NCBI GenBank assembly: GCA_027317865.1
Contig: DAHVQG010000003.1
Coordinates: 128,001-192,000 of the forward strand
Direction of reading: 5' to 3'
DNA length: 64,000 nucleotides
From: Bdellovibrionales bacterium
Lineage (GTDB): Bacteria; Bdellovibrionota; Bdellovibrionia; Bdellovibrionales; UBA1609
Numbering within the stretch: position 1 is the stretch's first letter; each line of letters begins with the position of its first letter. The notes beneath the pieces are model-generated. The model made no database searches, was not told where the DNA came from, and worked only from the letters and a program-made list of their open reading frames with translations. Made by a program: the position numbers and the translations under genes. Shown in pieces: positions 40,444-49,656 of the stretch.

Positions 40444-42149
40444 GCCTTGTTACCCAGATCGGATGTATCAGCGCCGTTTTTATAACCGCGCGTAAAGATC
40501 ACAATGCCAAATAAAAGTACGAAGAGCGCGTGAAGCAGCCACGGAAACTTTTGATAGCCCGTCGCCGAAGGGTGTTTTAGATACGGAATTCGATAAACTC
40601 CATACCATTCTTTGTAAATCGGCGATGCCTTTTGTGTTCCGGTTGCCGTACCTAAAACTTTGCCGTTCGGGAGCATGACTCCCGAAATGCCGGTGTTGGT
40701 TGAGCGAACCATCGGGCGTCCGTATTCAACGGCCCGAGCTAGTGTCATATAGAAATTTTGATACGGTTCTTGCCAGTCGCCGTACCACGAGTCGTTATTA
40801 ATATTGACGAAAATTTGCGCTCCTTTATTCGCAATACCTCGAGCAAAACTTGAAAATATTCCTTCGTAGCAGATTTCCGGGCCCACTTTCAAGACCGTAA
40901 ATGGAGGAATATGATCATTTTGCGGAAGTGGCAATTTTTTAACAACCGGACCCGGTCCACGCGCGAAATCGGCGGCGGGTATCCACTGGTACAATTTAGG
41001 GAACCAATTGCCGAACGGGATGTACTCGCCAAACGCCAGTAAATCAGTTTTGTAATACGGATCTGGTTGAATCGTGTTGTTGCTCTGCACGATATAGAAC
41101 GTGTTGGTCGGTTTGTTGTCTTTGGGGGAATATCCAAAACCGCCCACTAAAAACTGCGCATTACTTGCGTGGGCTAAATTGAGAAGGGGCTGAGCGGTTT
41201 GAGGATAATTCGGTTGAATCTGCCACATCCGTTGATCGAGTGGATAGGGATAGGCCGTTTCGGGCCAAACAACAAAATCGACTGTGACGTGATTTTTTGC
41301 GGCGTCAGCCAAGCCGGCTTTGGTTTCACTTTCAAATTTATTTAAAATGTAATTGCGAAACCCCCAACCGTATTCGGCGTAAATCTTATCGAGGTTGCCG
41401 ATATTCGCTTGAACAATGAGCGCATTCACTTTGGCATCGGGTTTCGGCAGCGACTTCAAAAGCGCATATCCAGCCAAATTAAATAAAACCACCACAGTCA
41501 CAAGCGCCATTGCGGCTCGACGCCCCACTTTTTCGCGCCAATGAAAAATCACAAGAAAACTTAAAGCGTTGAGCAAAATCACAATGTCACTAAGGCCCTT
41601 AAAGCCGATCAGCTCGGCGACTTGAGCCACAGGCCAATGCATCCAAAGAAACGGATAGCCGTAATTCCATTCAAAAATCGTGGGGTACCAATCTTTGGCA
41701 AATAGAGTGCATATCGCAATTAGAATGAGATGGCGTCCTAAATTACGTTTGTTGATCTCAAAGTGTAGAATTTTTTGGGTAATCAACCACCACGCTAATC
41801 CGGCGATTGCAACGTCGAGATTGGCAAATGAACAAAATCCGATAAACCCCAGTGTTGAAATCCACCAAGGCATCATTCCAAAAACATGAATGGTGTGAAG
41901 GACCCAATCGAATCCGATTACGGTAAGAACAAACTGCGCAACCCAGCCGGCGATAAAGACCTGGCGCCAATTTTTGGCACGAAGCCAGAGCCACCACAGG
42001 GGAACGAATGCAAACAAACTCGCCCATGGCGGGAATGGAATGTAACTAAATCCGATAAAAATACCGGTGAGCACTGCCGGTTGGTAAAACCAGCAAGTTT
42101 GCCCAACTTTCTTTAATAGCGATCGAATTGACCATTTTGTGGTTGCCAT
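40440..42149 (-). CDS. lnt: Apolipoprotein N-acyltransferase
   Basis: Multiple TM helices; nitrilase triad in WPETA, YKTDLLAFGEY, ICYE; NDSWY, NTGIS. Start uncertain (ORF open to 42248). Confidence 0.92.
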   Translation of the reverse strand: MATTKWSIRSLLKKVGQTCWFYQPAVLTGIFIGFSYIPFPPWASLFAFVPLWWLWLRAKNWRQVFIAGWVAQFVLTVIGFDWVLHTIHVFGMMPWWISTLGFIGFCSFANLDVAIAGLAWWLITQKILHFEINKRNLGRHLILIAICTLFAKDWYPTIFEWNYGYPFLWMHWPVAQVAELIGFKGLSDIVILLNALSFLVIFHWREKVGRRAAMALVTVVVLFNLAGYALLKSLPKPDAKVNALIVQANIGNLDKIYAEYGWGFRNYILNKFESETKAGLADAAKNHVTVDFVVWPETAYPYPLDQRMWQIQPNYPQTAQPLLNLAHASNAQFLVGGFGYSPKDNKPTNTFYIVQSNNTIQPDPYYKTDLLAFGEYIPFGNWFPKLYQWIPAADFARGPGPVVKKLPLPQNDHIPPFTVLKVGPEICYEGIFSSFARGIANKGAQIFVNINNDSWYGDWQEPYQNFYMTLARAVEYGRPMVRSTNTGISGVMLPNGKVLGTATGTQKASPIYKEWYGVYRIPYLKHPSATGYQKFPWLLHALFVLLFGIVIFTRGYKNGADTSDLGNKA

Positions 42150-42180
42150 CGGCTTTAAGATTAAAGCAAAATAAAACAAA

Positions 42181-42231
42181 ATGGAAATCCAACCGTAATG
42201 GACACCCAACTGTAATGGACACTGAACCCCA
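42181..42231 (+). repeat. Three imperfect 17-nt tandem units, each starting with ATG
   Basis: ATGGAAATCCAACCGTA / ATGGACACCCAACTGTA / ATGGACACTGAACCCCA. Confidence 0.8.
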
Positions 42232-43024
42232 AATTTTATCGACGTCACTACTTAAAATCCGCTGTCCGAAGTGTCTGAAATTGTATGCCGTTAATCGGGC
42301 TGAAATGCATGAAACCCGCCCTAAGTTTCAGTGCCGTGCGTGTCATGAGAAATTTTGGGTGACGGCGGTTGATGTTGCAAAAAATGACGAAGAGGTCATG
42401 GGCTTTCCGATGGATTGGCTTGCGACAACAGTTGACGCGCCAGCCGTACTCGATGATCGGGCGTATTCGTGCCCAAAGTGCGGCGAGCCTTATTCAGCCG
42501 GGCAGCACGAGTGTACGAAGTGCGGGCTCGTATTTATTAAATTTGTTGAACGGAATTTAGTTGAGCAAAAAACTATTCCAGATGAAGGGATTAGCGCTCC
42601 TAGTGAAGTTAAGCAGGCGTGGGATGAGGTCGTGGCTCGGTACGACGAATCTTCGGTGCATAATAAATTTATAGAACTTGCGAATCGGTACGACTGTTTG
42701 GACTACGCGGCCAAGCGGTATGCGACGATTCTCGAAACATGCCCAGGTGATGATCGGGCGGCAAAAGCCCAACAAGAGATCATTGCTCTTACTACAACGC
42801 GATTTGAGAGCCGTACATTACCGGAGAAAGACGCCTCTTCAAATTGGTTCGAGCGTATTGACCTTTTTATGCGCGGCATGCGGTTTACATCACTCGTTCT
42901 TATTTTATGCGGAATTGTGATTACCATGGGTGTGTTGTTACCAAGCGAACGTAATTTAGTTGGTATTGGTTCTTCGGTTTTATTTTTTATTTTAACGTTG
43001 CGGTATTATTTTCGGGTTATATAG
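42215..43024 (+). CDS. Double zinc-ribbon membrane protein (MJ0042-like finger)
   Basis: CPKC..CRAC and CPKC..CTKC; two C-terminal TM helices. Confidence 0.8.
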   Translation: MDTEPQILSTSLLKIRCPKCLKLYAVNRAEMHETRPKFQCRACHEKFWVTAVDVAKNDEEVMGFPMDWLATTVDAPAVLDDRAYSCPKCGEPYSAGQHECTKCGLVFIKFVERNLVEQKTIPDEGISAPSEVKQAWDEVVARYDESSVHNKFIELANRYDCLDYAAKRYATILETCPGDDRAAKAQQEIIALTTTRFESRTLPEKDASSNWFERIDLFMRGMRFTSLVLILCGIVITMGVLLPSERNLVGIGSSVLFFILTLRYYFRVI

Positions 43025-43051
43025 ACTTTTCAAAGACCTGTGCCGTAAGAG

Positions 43052-43993
43052 GTGGCAGTGGCCTCGACCGGAATAACTTCCATTAAAAAACACGAAAAAC
43101 GTATTCTCGTTGTCGAAGACGATCCGTCTGTTTTATTGGTGATCAAAGAGGCGCTGGCTCAAGAGCGGTATGTGACTGAGCAAGCGACAACGGCTTCGGG
43201 CGCGTTCGAAAAAATAGCGTCGTTTCAACCTCATTTGGTTTTAACGGATCATGAAATGCCCGGTAAAACCGGGCTTGAGATGCTTCACGAATTGCGTAAG
43301 CAACAGAACTATGTGACCGTGCTTTTTATTTCGGGCAAGACCGATCCTAAACTTATCGCCGATGTTTTGCGCGCCGGAGCGGATGATTTCATTAAAAAGC
43401 CTTTTCGCATGGATGAACTGTTAGCGCGTGTCGAAGTCGCGATGCGAGTCAATGAAGTTCATCAGCACTTGCTTGCGGCTAATCAGCGGCTTCTCGAACT
43501 GGTGGAACTTGATGATTTGACAGGGCTCTACAATATGCGCTCGATGTACGACAAGATCGACGTGGAAATTAAACGTGCGCGACGGTTCGGTCGTTACGTC
43601 GGTTGCGTCATGGTTGATTTGGATCATTTTAAACTAATTAATGATAAACACGATCATTTATTCGGCAGCCAGGTAATAAAATTGGTCGGGCACTTGGTTA
43701 AAAGATCGATTCGCGATATTGATTTTGCCGCTCGTTACGGCGGCGACGAGTTTCTGGTGATATTGACCGAGACCACACCTGAAGGAGTGCATACGTTCAC
43801 CGAACGAATGCGCGCCAAAATCGAATCCGAGAAATTTGAATTCGACGGGCAGTTCGCCACTCTAACCGCTAGCCTTGGCTATTCAGTTGGCGGGACAAGC
43901 GACCCCCGAGAAGCCCGCGATCTAGTACGATCCGCCGATCGCGCGCTCTATAAAGCGAAAGAGGCGGGACGCAATCGCATCGAAGGCGAGTGA
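43052..43993 (+). CDS. REC-GGDEF cyclic dinucleotide synthase with Hypr (cGAMP) signature
   Basis: Receiver domain; RDID I-site; GGDEF; NDKHDHLFGS has Ser at the PleD D344-equivalent position. Confidence 0.88.
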   Translation: MAVASTGITSIKKHEKRILVVEDDPSVLLVIKEALAQERYVTEQATTASGAFEKIASFQPHLVLTDHEMPGKTGLEMLHELRKQQNYVTVLFISGKTDPKLIADVLRAGADDFIKKPFRMDELLARVEVAMRVNEVHQHLLAANQRLLELVELDDLTGLYNMRSMYDKIDVEIKRARRFGRYVGCVMVDLDHFKLINDKHDHLFGSQVIKLVGHLVKRSIRDIDFAARYGGDEFLVILTETTPEGVHTFTERMRAKIESEKFEFDGQFATLTASLGYSVGGTSDPREARDLVRSADRALYKAKEAGRNRIEGE

Positions 43994-44008
43994 GAGACGC
44001 GCAACGTT

Positions 44009-45217
44009 TTAACTTTGGTTTGCGCGCTTAAAGATTGCTCTAACGCTCGCGCCGATGACTTCTCCGTTTTTACCTAAACGATTCGAAGGGATCACTTTGC
44101 CATCGTGAAGCTGCGCAATTGTTTTTACGACAACCGACCCAAGCCCTACTGAAATTCGACCGCCCGCTTTCGCATCAATAAATCGAGTTGTGCGTCGTTC
44201 GCCGTAGTCTTTAAGTGCTTGTGCGGAAAACCCTGGCCCGTCATCGTTCACAAATACTTCGACGTGATCGCCGAGTTTGTAGTCGATTGTGATTTCGTTC
44301 CGGGCAAAACTGAATGCATTTTGAAGCAGGTTTCGAAAAACCCGCTTCAACAATAGTGCGTTACCATTGACGATTGCCGGCGTGGCCGGAGCGTTATTGC
44401 GAACTTGAAGCATTGTCTTCGTTTTTAACTGTTGTGTATCGAAAACTTCGAGTTCGTCTTCTATAATTTCCGTTACGTCGACGGACGTTTTGCTGATATC
44501 GGTATCCGCCCCCGCGAGTTGACTCATCAACAATAAGTCATTGACCAAAGTTTCAATATAATTCGCTTCTTTTTGCGACGTCACAACAAGCTCGCGTTTT
44601 GAGTCTTCGGCAAGACGGCCCTGCTCATCGGACAATAAAGATAAATTGTTCTGCATTGAGGCGATCGGCGTTCGTAAATCGTGCGCAAGTTCTTGTAATA
44701 AGCGAGTGCGCGATTTTTCTTTCGATTTCAATTCGTCGAAAAGCTTTTTAAGTAAAACAATTGCCGACAATGCCGACCCCAACAAAAATGCCGAAACAAT
44801 AGCGAATGCAAAAAGTAATATGGGACGATGATATGGCGGATGTGAGCGCTTTTCTAACGATCGGGAATGTTTTGATAAAACATGCGGCCAGCGAGGTGAG
44901 AGCGCTATATACATCGTGTTTTTGTCGGTCAGTTTTTCAATAATAATGGGCGGCTTGTGGCGCCAAAAGGCGGTGGATTCAGTCCCATTTGGGAGAGTGA
45001 CCTTACTGAGCTTGAAGGGGAGAGGACGATTTGTTGAGCTGCCGGATACCCGTCCGTTTGCATCAAAAACCCAGGCATTAAATTGCGGTGGGTGATGAAC
45101 AAAATTCCTTCGGTGCAGTTGAAAAAAAAGTTGAATAATAAAAAAGCTTAAAACCAAAAATAGAGCGGTAAACCCGAGACTGATAATCAAATATTTTCTC
45201 AGAAGCGGCAGCTTCAT
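44009..45217 (-). CDS. Membrane sensor histidine kinase
   Basis: Two TMs, ELAHDLRTP H-box, NLLQNA, DDGPGF, GLG. Confidence 0.9.
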   Translation of the reverse strand: MKLPLLRKYLIISLGFTALFLVLSFFIIQLFFQLHRRNFVHHPPQFNAWVFDANGRVSGSSTNRPLPFKLSKVTLPNGTESTAFWRHKPPIIIEKLTDKNTMYIALSPRWPHVLSKHSRSLEKRSHPPYHRPILLFAFAIVSAFLLGSALSAIVLLKKLFDELKSKEKSRTRLLQELAHDLRTPIASMQNNLSLLSDEQGRLAEDSKRELVVTSQKEANYIETLVNDLLLMSQLAGADTDISKTSVDVTEIIEDELEVFDTQQLKTKTMLQVRNNAPATPAIVNGNALLLKRVFRNLLQNAFSFARNEITIDYKLGDHVEVFVNDDGPGFSAQALKDYGERRTTRFIDAKAGGRISVGLGSVVVKTIAQLHDGKVIPSNRLGKNGEVIGASVRAIFKRANQS

Positions 45218-45885
45218 TTTTTATCCAAACGATAACCGATACCGTATATCGAACGAATGACAATTTCTTTGAGACCGGCTGCTTTTAGTCGCGTGCGCAG
45301 ACGGCTTACGTGAGAATCGATAGTGCGATCGAAAATTTCGCCATCGCGATGAAGTGCCGTGATCAGCGCATCGCGAGTTACGACTGATCCTGAGTGTTCC
45401 ATTAGGTATTGTAGTGTATCGAATTCGCGGCGATTGAGGTCCACTTCAACCTTGCCGCAAAACACGCGACGCTGATTGATAACCAAAGTAACGTCGCCAA
45501 AGCATAATTGCTCGTCGCGCTGGATGGGCTCTTTTAGCGCGTTTTTAATTCTCGCAATTAATATTTTCGGTTTAAACGGCTTTTCGACGTAATCGTTGGC
45601 TCCGGCGCTGAAGCCGGCGAGCACCGCTTCTTCGTGGGTTTGCGCAGTTAAAATTACGACGGGTACGCGCGACTCGGATTTTCGCAGGTGTTTGCAAAAT
45701 TCGAGTCCGTTGCCGTCGGGTAAACCGAGATCAAGTAGTACTAAATCGGCCGTCGAATTTTCGTTCGCTTTAAAAGCTGAGGTCAAATCGCGCACCCAAA
45801 TAACGGTATGCTTTTCGCTTTCGAGCGTGAGTTGCAAGCTTCGGCCTAGAACAGGGTCATCTTCGACTAAAAGAATTTTGCTCAT
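45214..45885 (-). CDS. OmpR-family response regulator
   Basis: VEDD, LDLGLPD, KPF, RTIDSHVSRLR, YGIGYR. Confidence 0.93.
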   Translation of the reverse strand: MSKILLVEDDPVLGRSLQLTLESEKHTVIWVRDLTSAFKANENSTADLVLLDLGLPDGNGLEFCKHLRKSESRVPVVILTAQTHEEAVLAGFSAGANDYVEKPFKPKILIARIKNALKEPIQRDEQLCFGDVTLVINQRRVFCGKVEVDLNRREFDTLQYLMEHSGSVVTRDALITALHRDGEIFDRTIDSHVSRLRTRLKAAGLKEIVIRSIYGIGYRLDKK

Positions 45886-46113
45886 TGTTCTGATATATTA
45901 CTCACAAATGATTGCAGAAGTGTGGATTTTTTAATCGCGTCTACGTTCAAGTTCATCCATTCAACTGTATCAAAATGAGACGTATTTTTATAATTCCGGC
46001 TGAGCCATAAAGTCTCAACAGTTTGATGGTAATTTGAACCTAACGCTCCACGAGGAGCCAAACATTCGGCCTAATAAATGCGCGCTAAAAAGCCGAAATA
46101 GAAGGAGTCATAT

Positions 46114-46452
46114 ATGAGTAAAAATAAAATTGTAGTAAGCCTGATGGTCGTATTGTTCGCATTCGGTTCGGCCGTAGCTTTGGGGCAACCGAACCGTCGG
46201 CACCATCCGCCGTTCGGCTTTTTAATGGGTGCCTGTGTCGCGACAACGATGGCGCAAAACGGTTCGGCGTTTCCGCTGCAGCAAATGATCCAGCATATTC
46301 AGCAAAACATTCAAAATAAACAAAATGGTAAGCCATTTGTGAAACCAAATTTAGATGCCGCAACTCGTGCGGCCATGAAGGCGGCATTTCAAACATGCCG
46401 GGGCGAACTGCCCTTTCCGCATTGGCAACATCCAGGAGCAAATAAATCATGA
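46114..46452 (+). CDS. Small secreted basic protein
   Basis: Signal peptide, AAGGAG SD, Cys pair; ATGA overlap with the next gene. Confidence 0.7.
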   Translation: MSKNKIVVSLMVVLFAFGSAVALGQPNRRHHPPFGFLMGACVATTMAQNGSAFPLQQMIQHIQQNIQNKQNGKPFVKPNLDAATRAAMKAAFQTCRGELPFPHWQHPGANKS

Positions 46453-46937
46453 ACGGAAATTTGGCGCGGCTCAAATCATGTATCAGCAAAATCGGTTTTA
46501 TGATCGCGGGCGTGGTGGTTTTTGCTGCCGCTCCCGCATACGCTACGCTTGGTGGTTCGGTTGATACCATTCAAACAGATGTTCACGCGCTACACGCACG
46601 AGTCATCGCCACGCAGCCGCACGCTCTTTACTCGGTTCACGAAATCACCTATGGCGCGACCAAGGTCCGGGAATACGCAAATACAAACGGAATCGTTTTT
46701 GCGATCGCGTGGAACGGGCTTACCCATCCCGATCTGTCGAAACTATTGGGAACATATTATGCCGGCTATAAGGCAAAAATTCAGTCGAGACCGCCGCAGA
46801 TTAAAGGTGAACTGCTGCGCACATTGCGCGTCGGCACGTTAGTTGTTCAGATGGGCGGCCACATGCGCGACGTCGTTGGGCGTGCATATGATTCGTCTTT
46901 GATACCATCTGGGGTTTCGTTAAGCGACATTAAATAA
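46449..46937 (+). CDS. DUF2844 family secreted protein
   Basis: AYATLGG, VREY...G.VFAIAW.G...PDL..LLG.Y, GHMR...GRAY...P.GV; typical partner of DUF3443. Confidence 0.85.
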   Translation: MNGNLARLKSCISKIGFMIAGVVVFAAAPAYATLGGSVDTIQTDVHALHARVIATQPHALYSVHEITYGATKVREYANTNGIVFAIAWNGLTHPDLSKLLGTYYAGYKAKIQSRPPQIKGELLRTLRVGTLVVQMGGHMRDVVGRAYDSSLIPSGVSLSDIK

Positions 46938-46961
46938 ATGTGATTTATATGAGGTAAATGC

Positions 46962-48248
46962 ATGAAGGAGCAATGGAGCGGCAAAACAATTGCAATAATT
47001 GTCGTCGGTACGTTTCTTCTTCTAATAGGTTTTAACAATTGCGGCAAAAGTTTTGAAGCGGTTGGCGCCGGTGGCAATGGTGCGGCCGGATATTATTCGC
47101 CAACGGGCCAGGTGCTTGCCGAATGCGCGCAATTCGGAACGGGTTCGGACTGGGGGCCTGTCGAAATGGCAAATGTCGTTTTAGGCGGTGAGCCGGCCGT
47201 GACCATTCCGGTTCAAGTGATCGACTCGTCTTATGCAACCGTGCCGTCCAGTTGCCCTTCGCCCGATACGGATCCGAAAACCGCGGGGTTTAACGGCATT
47301 TTAGGCGTCGGTTTATTTAAACAAGATTGCGGGTCTCAGTGTACAACTGATTCAACCACGCAAATGTATTATGTTTGCAACAACAGCTCTTGTACCGCAA
47401 CAACCGCAACACTCGCCGAACAAGTGACAAATCCCGTCGCGGAACTGCCGCAAGATAATAACGGTGTCGCCTTGGTTTTGCCGACCGTCGCATACAGCGG
47501 CGGATACTTTGCGAACGGTTACATGCTTTTGGGGATCGGAACCGAAAGTAATAACTCCCCTGCGGCAGTGACCGAGTTAACTGCGGACGATACGTATGGC
47601 GAATTTACGGATGAATTTAACGGCACGCAAATGTCTGGGTTCATCGATAGCGGGTCAAACGGATATTTTATACCGGCGTCTTCGAAGTATTATCCGGATT
47701 GCACGAACTCCCAATACAATCAGTGGTTCTGCCCTTCTGCAAATTACAGTTCGACTGCCACTGCCATCGGGGTGAATAACAAGCAAGAGTCGTTTCCGTT
47801 TCAAATTGGCAATGCCGAAAATTTGTTTAATTCAGGTAATTTCGCGTTTATGAATTTGGGCGGCGACAGCAGCGGCTCGCTCGGCAGTTTCGGCGATATG
47901 GGATTGCCATTTTTCTTTGGCCGAACTGTATATGTCGGCCTCGAACATACCAAATCACCGATCGGCACTGGCCCCTATTGGGCGTTTTCTGGCGGTCAAA
48001 ATCTGGTTGATGTGAACGGTTCGGTCGCTATCCCGCCGGGCCCGAATGTGATGACCGTTTCGATCGGCAACACGGGTCAGTGCGACGGTGACAGTTACGA
48101 CAATGAACCGTGTACGTCAGTTACGATTTGCTCACCTGGTTCGACAAATTGCCAAACTATAAACAACATTTTGGTCGATACGGGCAGTTACGGTCTGCGG
48201 GTTTTTTCGTCGGTACTTCAGGTCAATCTCAAACCTGAAAATCCGTGA
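46962..48248 (+). CDS. DUF3443 pepsin-like aspartic protease lipoprotein, with blocks in permuted order
   Basis: FNNC lipobox; LAEC..F...WG, NGILG, DNNGV, FIDSGSN, GLPFFFGR, GPYWAF, followed by SVTICSPGSTNCQTINNILVDTGSYGLR. Confidence 0.85.
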   Translation: MKEQWSGKTIAIIVVGTFLLLIGFNNCGKSFEAVGAGGNGAAGYYSPTGQVLAECAQFGTGSDWGPVEMANVVLGGEPAVTIPVQVIDSSYATVPSSCPSPDTDPKTAGFNGILGVGLFKQDCGSQCTTDSTTQMYYVCNNSSCTATTATLAEQVTNPVAELPQDNNGVALVLPTVAYSGGYFANGYMLLGIGTESNNSPAAVTELTADDTYGEFTDEFNGTQMSGFIDSGSNGYFIPASSKYYPDCTNSQYNQWFCPSANYSSTATAIGVNNKQESFPFQIGNAENLFNSGNFAFMNLGGDSSGSLGSFGDMGLPFFFGRTVYVGLEHTKSPIGTGPYWAFSGGQNLVDVNGSVAIPPGPNVMTVSIGNTGQCDGDSYDNEPCTSVTICSPGSTNCQTINNILVDTGSYGLRVFSSVLQVNLKPENP

Positions 48249-48867
48249 TGATCGTCATCTGTGGATGATCGAGTAGCCAACTTGCCGGGAGCTTTTGGCG
48301 CTCCGACTCGACTTTTTTTGCGCCGGCATCAAGAACCCTTTTGAGGATTTCTTTTTTTTGCAAACCGCGAACGAGTAGAGCAATGGCTTTCGTTTTTAAA
48401 AAAGCGTTTGCTCCATAAGAAACCGCGCGTGTGTTCGGCGGCAAATGAAGACGGGCACAGGTGTCGTCGGTGAGTGTCAGACATCCCGAATAAAATTTTT
48501 GCGGCAGGCTCGGTTCATGAAATGCGATGTGGCCGTTCATACCGAGCCCTAAAAATGCGAAATCCGCGCCTCGTTCAGCCGTATCAATAAATTCGAATCG
48601 CGGCTTGAACATCGGCAATTCATCTAAAAAAAATTTTTGAAACGGGCGCTCGGTATTATGCAATATTTCATCAACTTGCACTAAGCGTATCGATTCATCG
48701 ACGAGCTGCGGATTTTCGCGCCATGACCTGTAAAGAGGTCGAGGGGTCTCGCCTGCGGGCACAAAAAGTCGAAACGGGCGTGGAGTTATATTACGGCTTT
48801 GTTGATGGAGCCAATCGTTGGCACAATCAATCCACTCGCGTTCATTTTTACAAACTTCGAAGTTCAT
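48229..48867 (-). CDS. Glucosamine-6-phosphate deaminase / 6-phosphogluconolactonase family (NagB-like)
   Basis: PAGETP..LY, DE, LGLGMNGHIAFHEP, PAS.L..HP. Confidence 0.8.
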   Translation of the reverse strand: MNFEVCKNEREWIDCANDWLHQQSRNITPRPFRLFVPAGETPRPLYRSWRENPQLVDESIRLVQVDEILHNTERPFQKFFLDELPMFKPRFEFIDTAERGADFAFLGLGMNGHIAFHEPSLPQKFYSGCLTLTDDTCARLHLPPNTRAVSYGANAFLKTKAIALLVRGLQKKEILKRVLDAGAKKVESERQKLPASWLLDHPQMTIITDFQV

Positions 48868-48932
48868 ACCTGCGCGTCAGCTCTAGTCCCGCTTTCGCCT
48901 CCTCGCTAAAATTGTAACTGAGGTCTACTGTT

Positions 48933-49637
48933 TTGAAAAAGTGTAATTTAGTAATTGTCGCGCACCCCGATGACGAGACGTTGTTTTTCGGAGGACTTAT
49001 ACTCGCCGATCGTCGCTTCGAATGGCGCGTTGTGTGCGTGACGGATGGCAACGCCGATGGGTTGGGGTCAGAGCGGCACAATCAGTTCGCGCGCGCCTGC
49101 CGGGCGCTCGGCGTTCGACACCATGAATTCTTTGATCTGCCTGATCGATATGACTCGCGGTTATCGCAAAATGAGTTACAAACACGTCTTAGAGGACTTT
49201 ATGATCGTCTAAGACGGGAGGGCCAGTCGCTCCACGATGTTTATACACACGGCCCGCTCGGCGAGTATGGGCACCCCCACCATCAGGATGTTTCTCTTGC
49301 CGTCCATGAAACCCTTGCGCTGCAGACGCGAAAATCATCAAAGGTTTGGGGGGTGGCTTACAATTGTGCAGCTGACCGCGTTCTCGAATTGTCTCACGCG
49401 CATTTCAAGAAAAAGTCCGATATTTTGGCGAAAATTTATTTAGGCGAGACAACCCGGTTTATTCAATTTTTACCGGCAACAAGTGCCGAAGCATTTGCAC
49501 GTTTTAAATTGTCAGAAGTTCGAGCATTGCATGCTTATATATCCGCTAAAACCGCACCGACCGCGCTTTACAAATATAATTGGTTCCGGCCTTATTTGGC
49601 GGCTTTTCGCGAAGCTGTGGTCAAACGTCCGTTTTAG
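48933..49637 (+). CDS. PIG-L family N-acetylglucosaminyl deacetylase
   Basis: AHPDDE, VTDG, YGHPHH. Confidence 0.88.
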   Translation: MKKCNLVIVAHPDDETLFFGGLILADRRFEWRVVCVTDGNADGLGSERHNQFARACRALGVRHHEFFDLPDRYDSRLSQNELQTRLRGLYDRLRREGQSLHDVYTHGPLGEYGHPHHQDVSLAVHETLALQTRKSSKVWGVAYNCAADRVLELSHAHFKKKSDILAKIYLGETTRFIQFLPATSAEAFARFKLSEVRALHAYISAKTAPTALYKYNWFRPYLAAFREAVVKRPF

Positions 49638-49656
49638 CCCGGCTCTTCGCGTTGGT

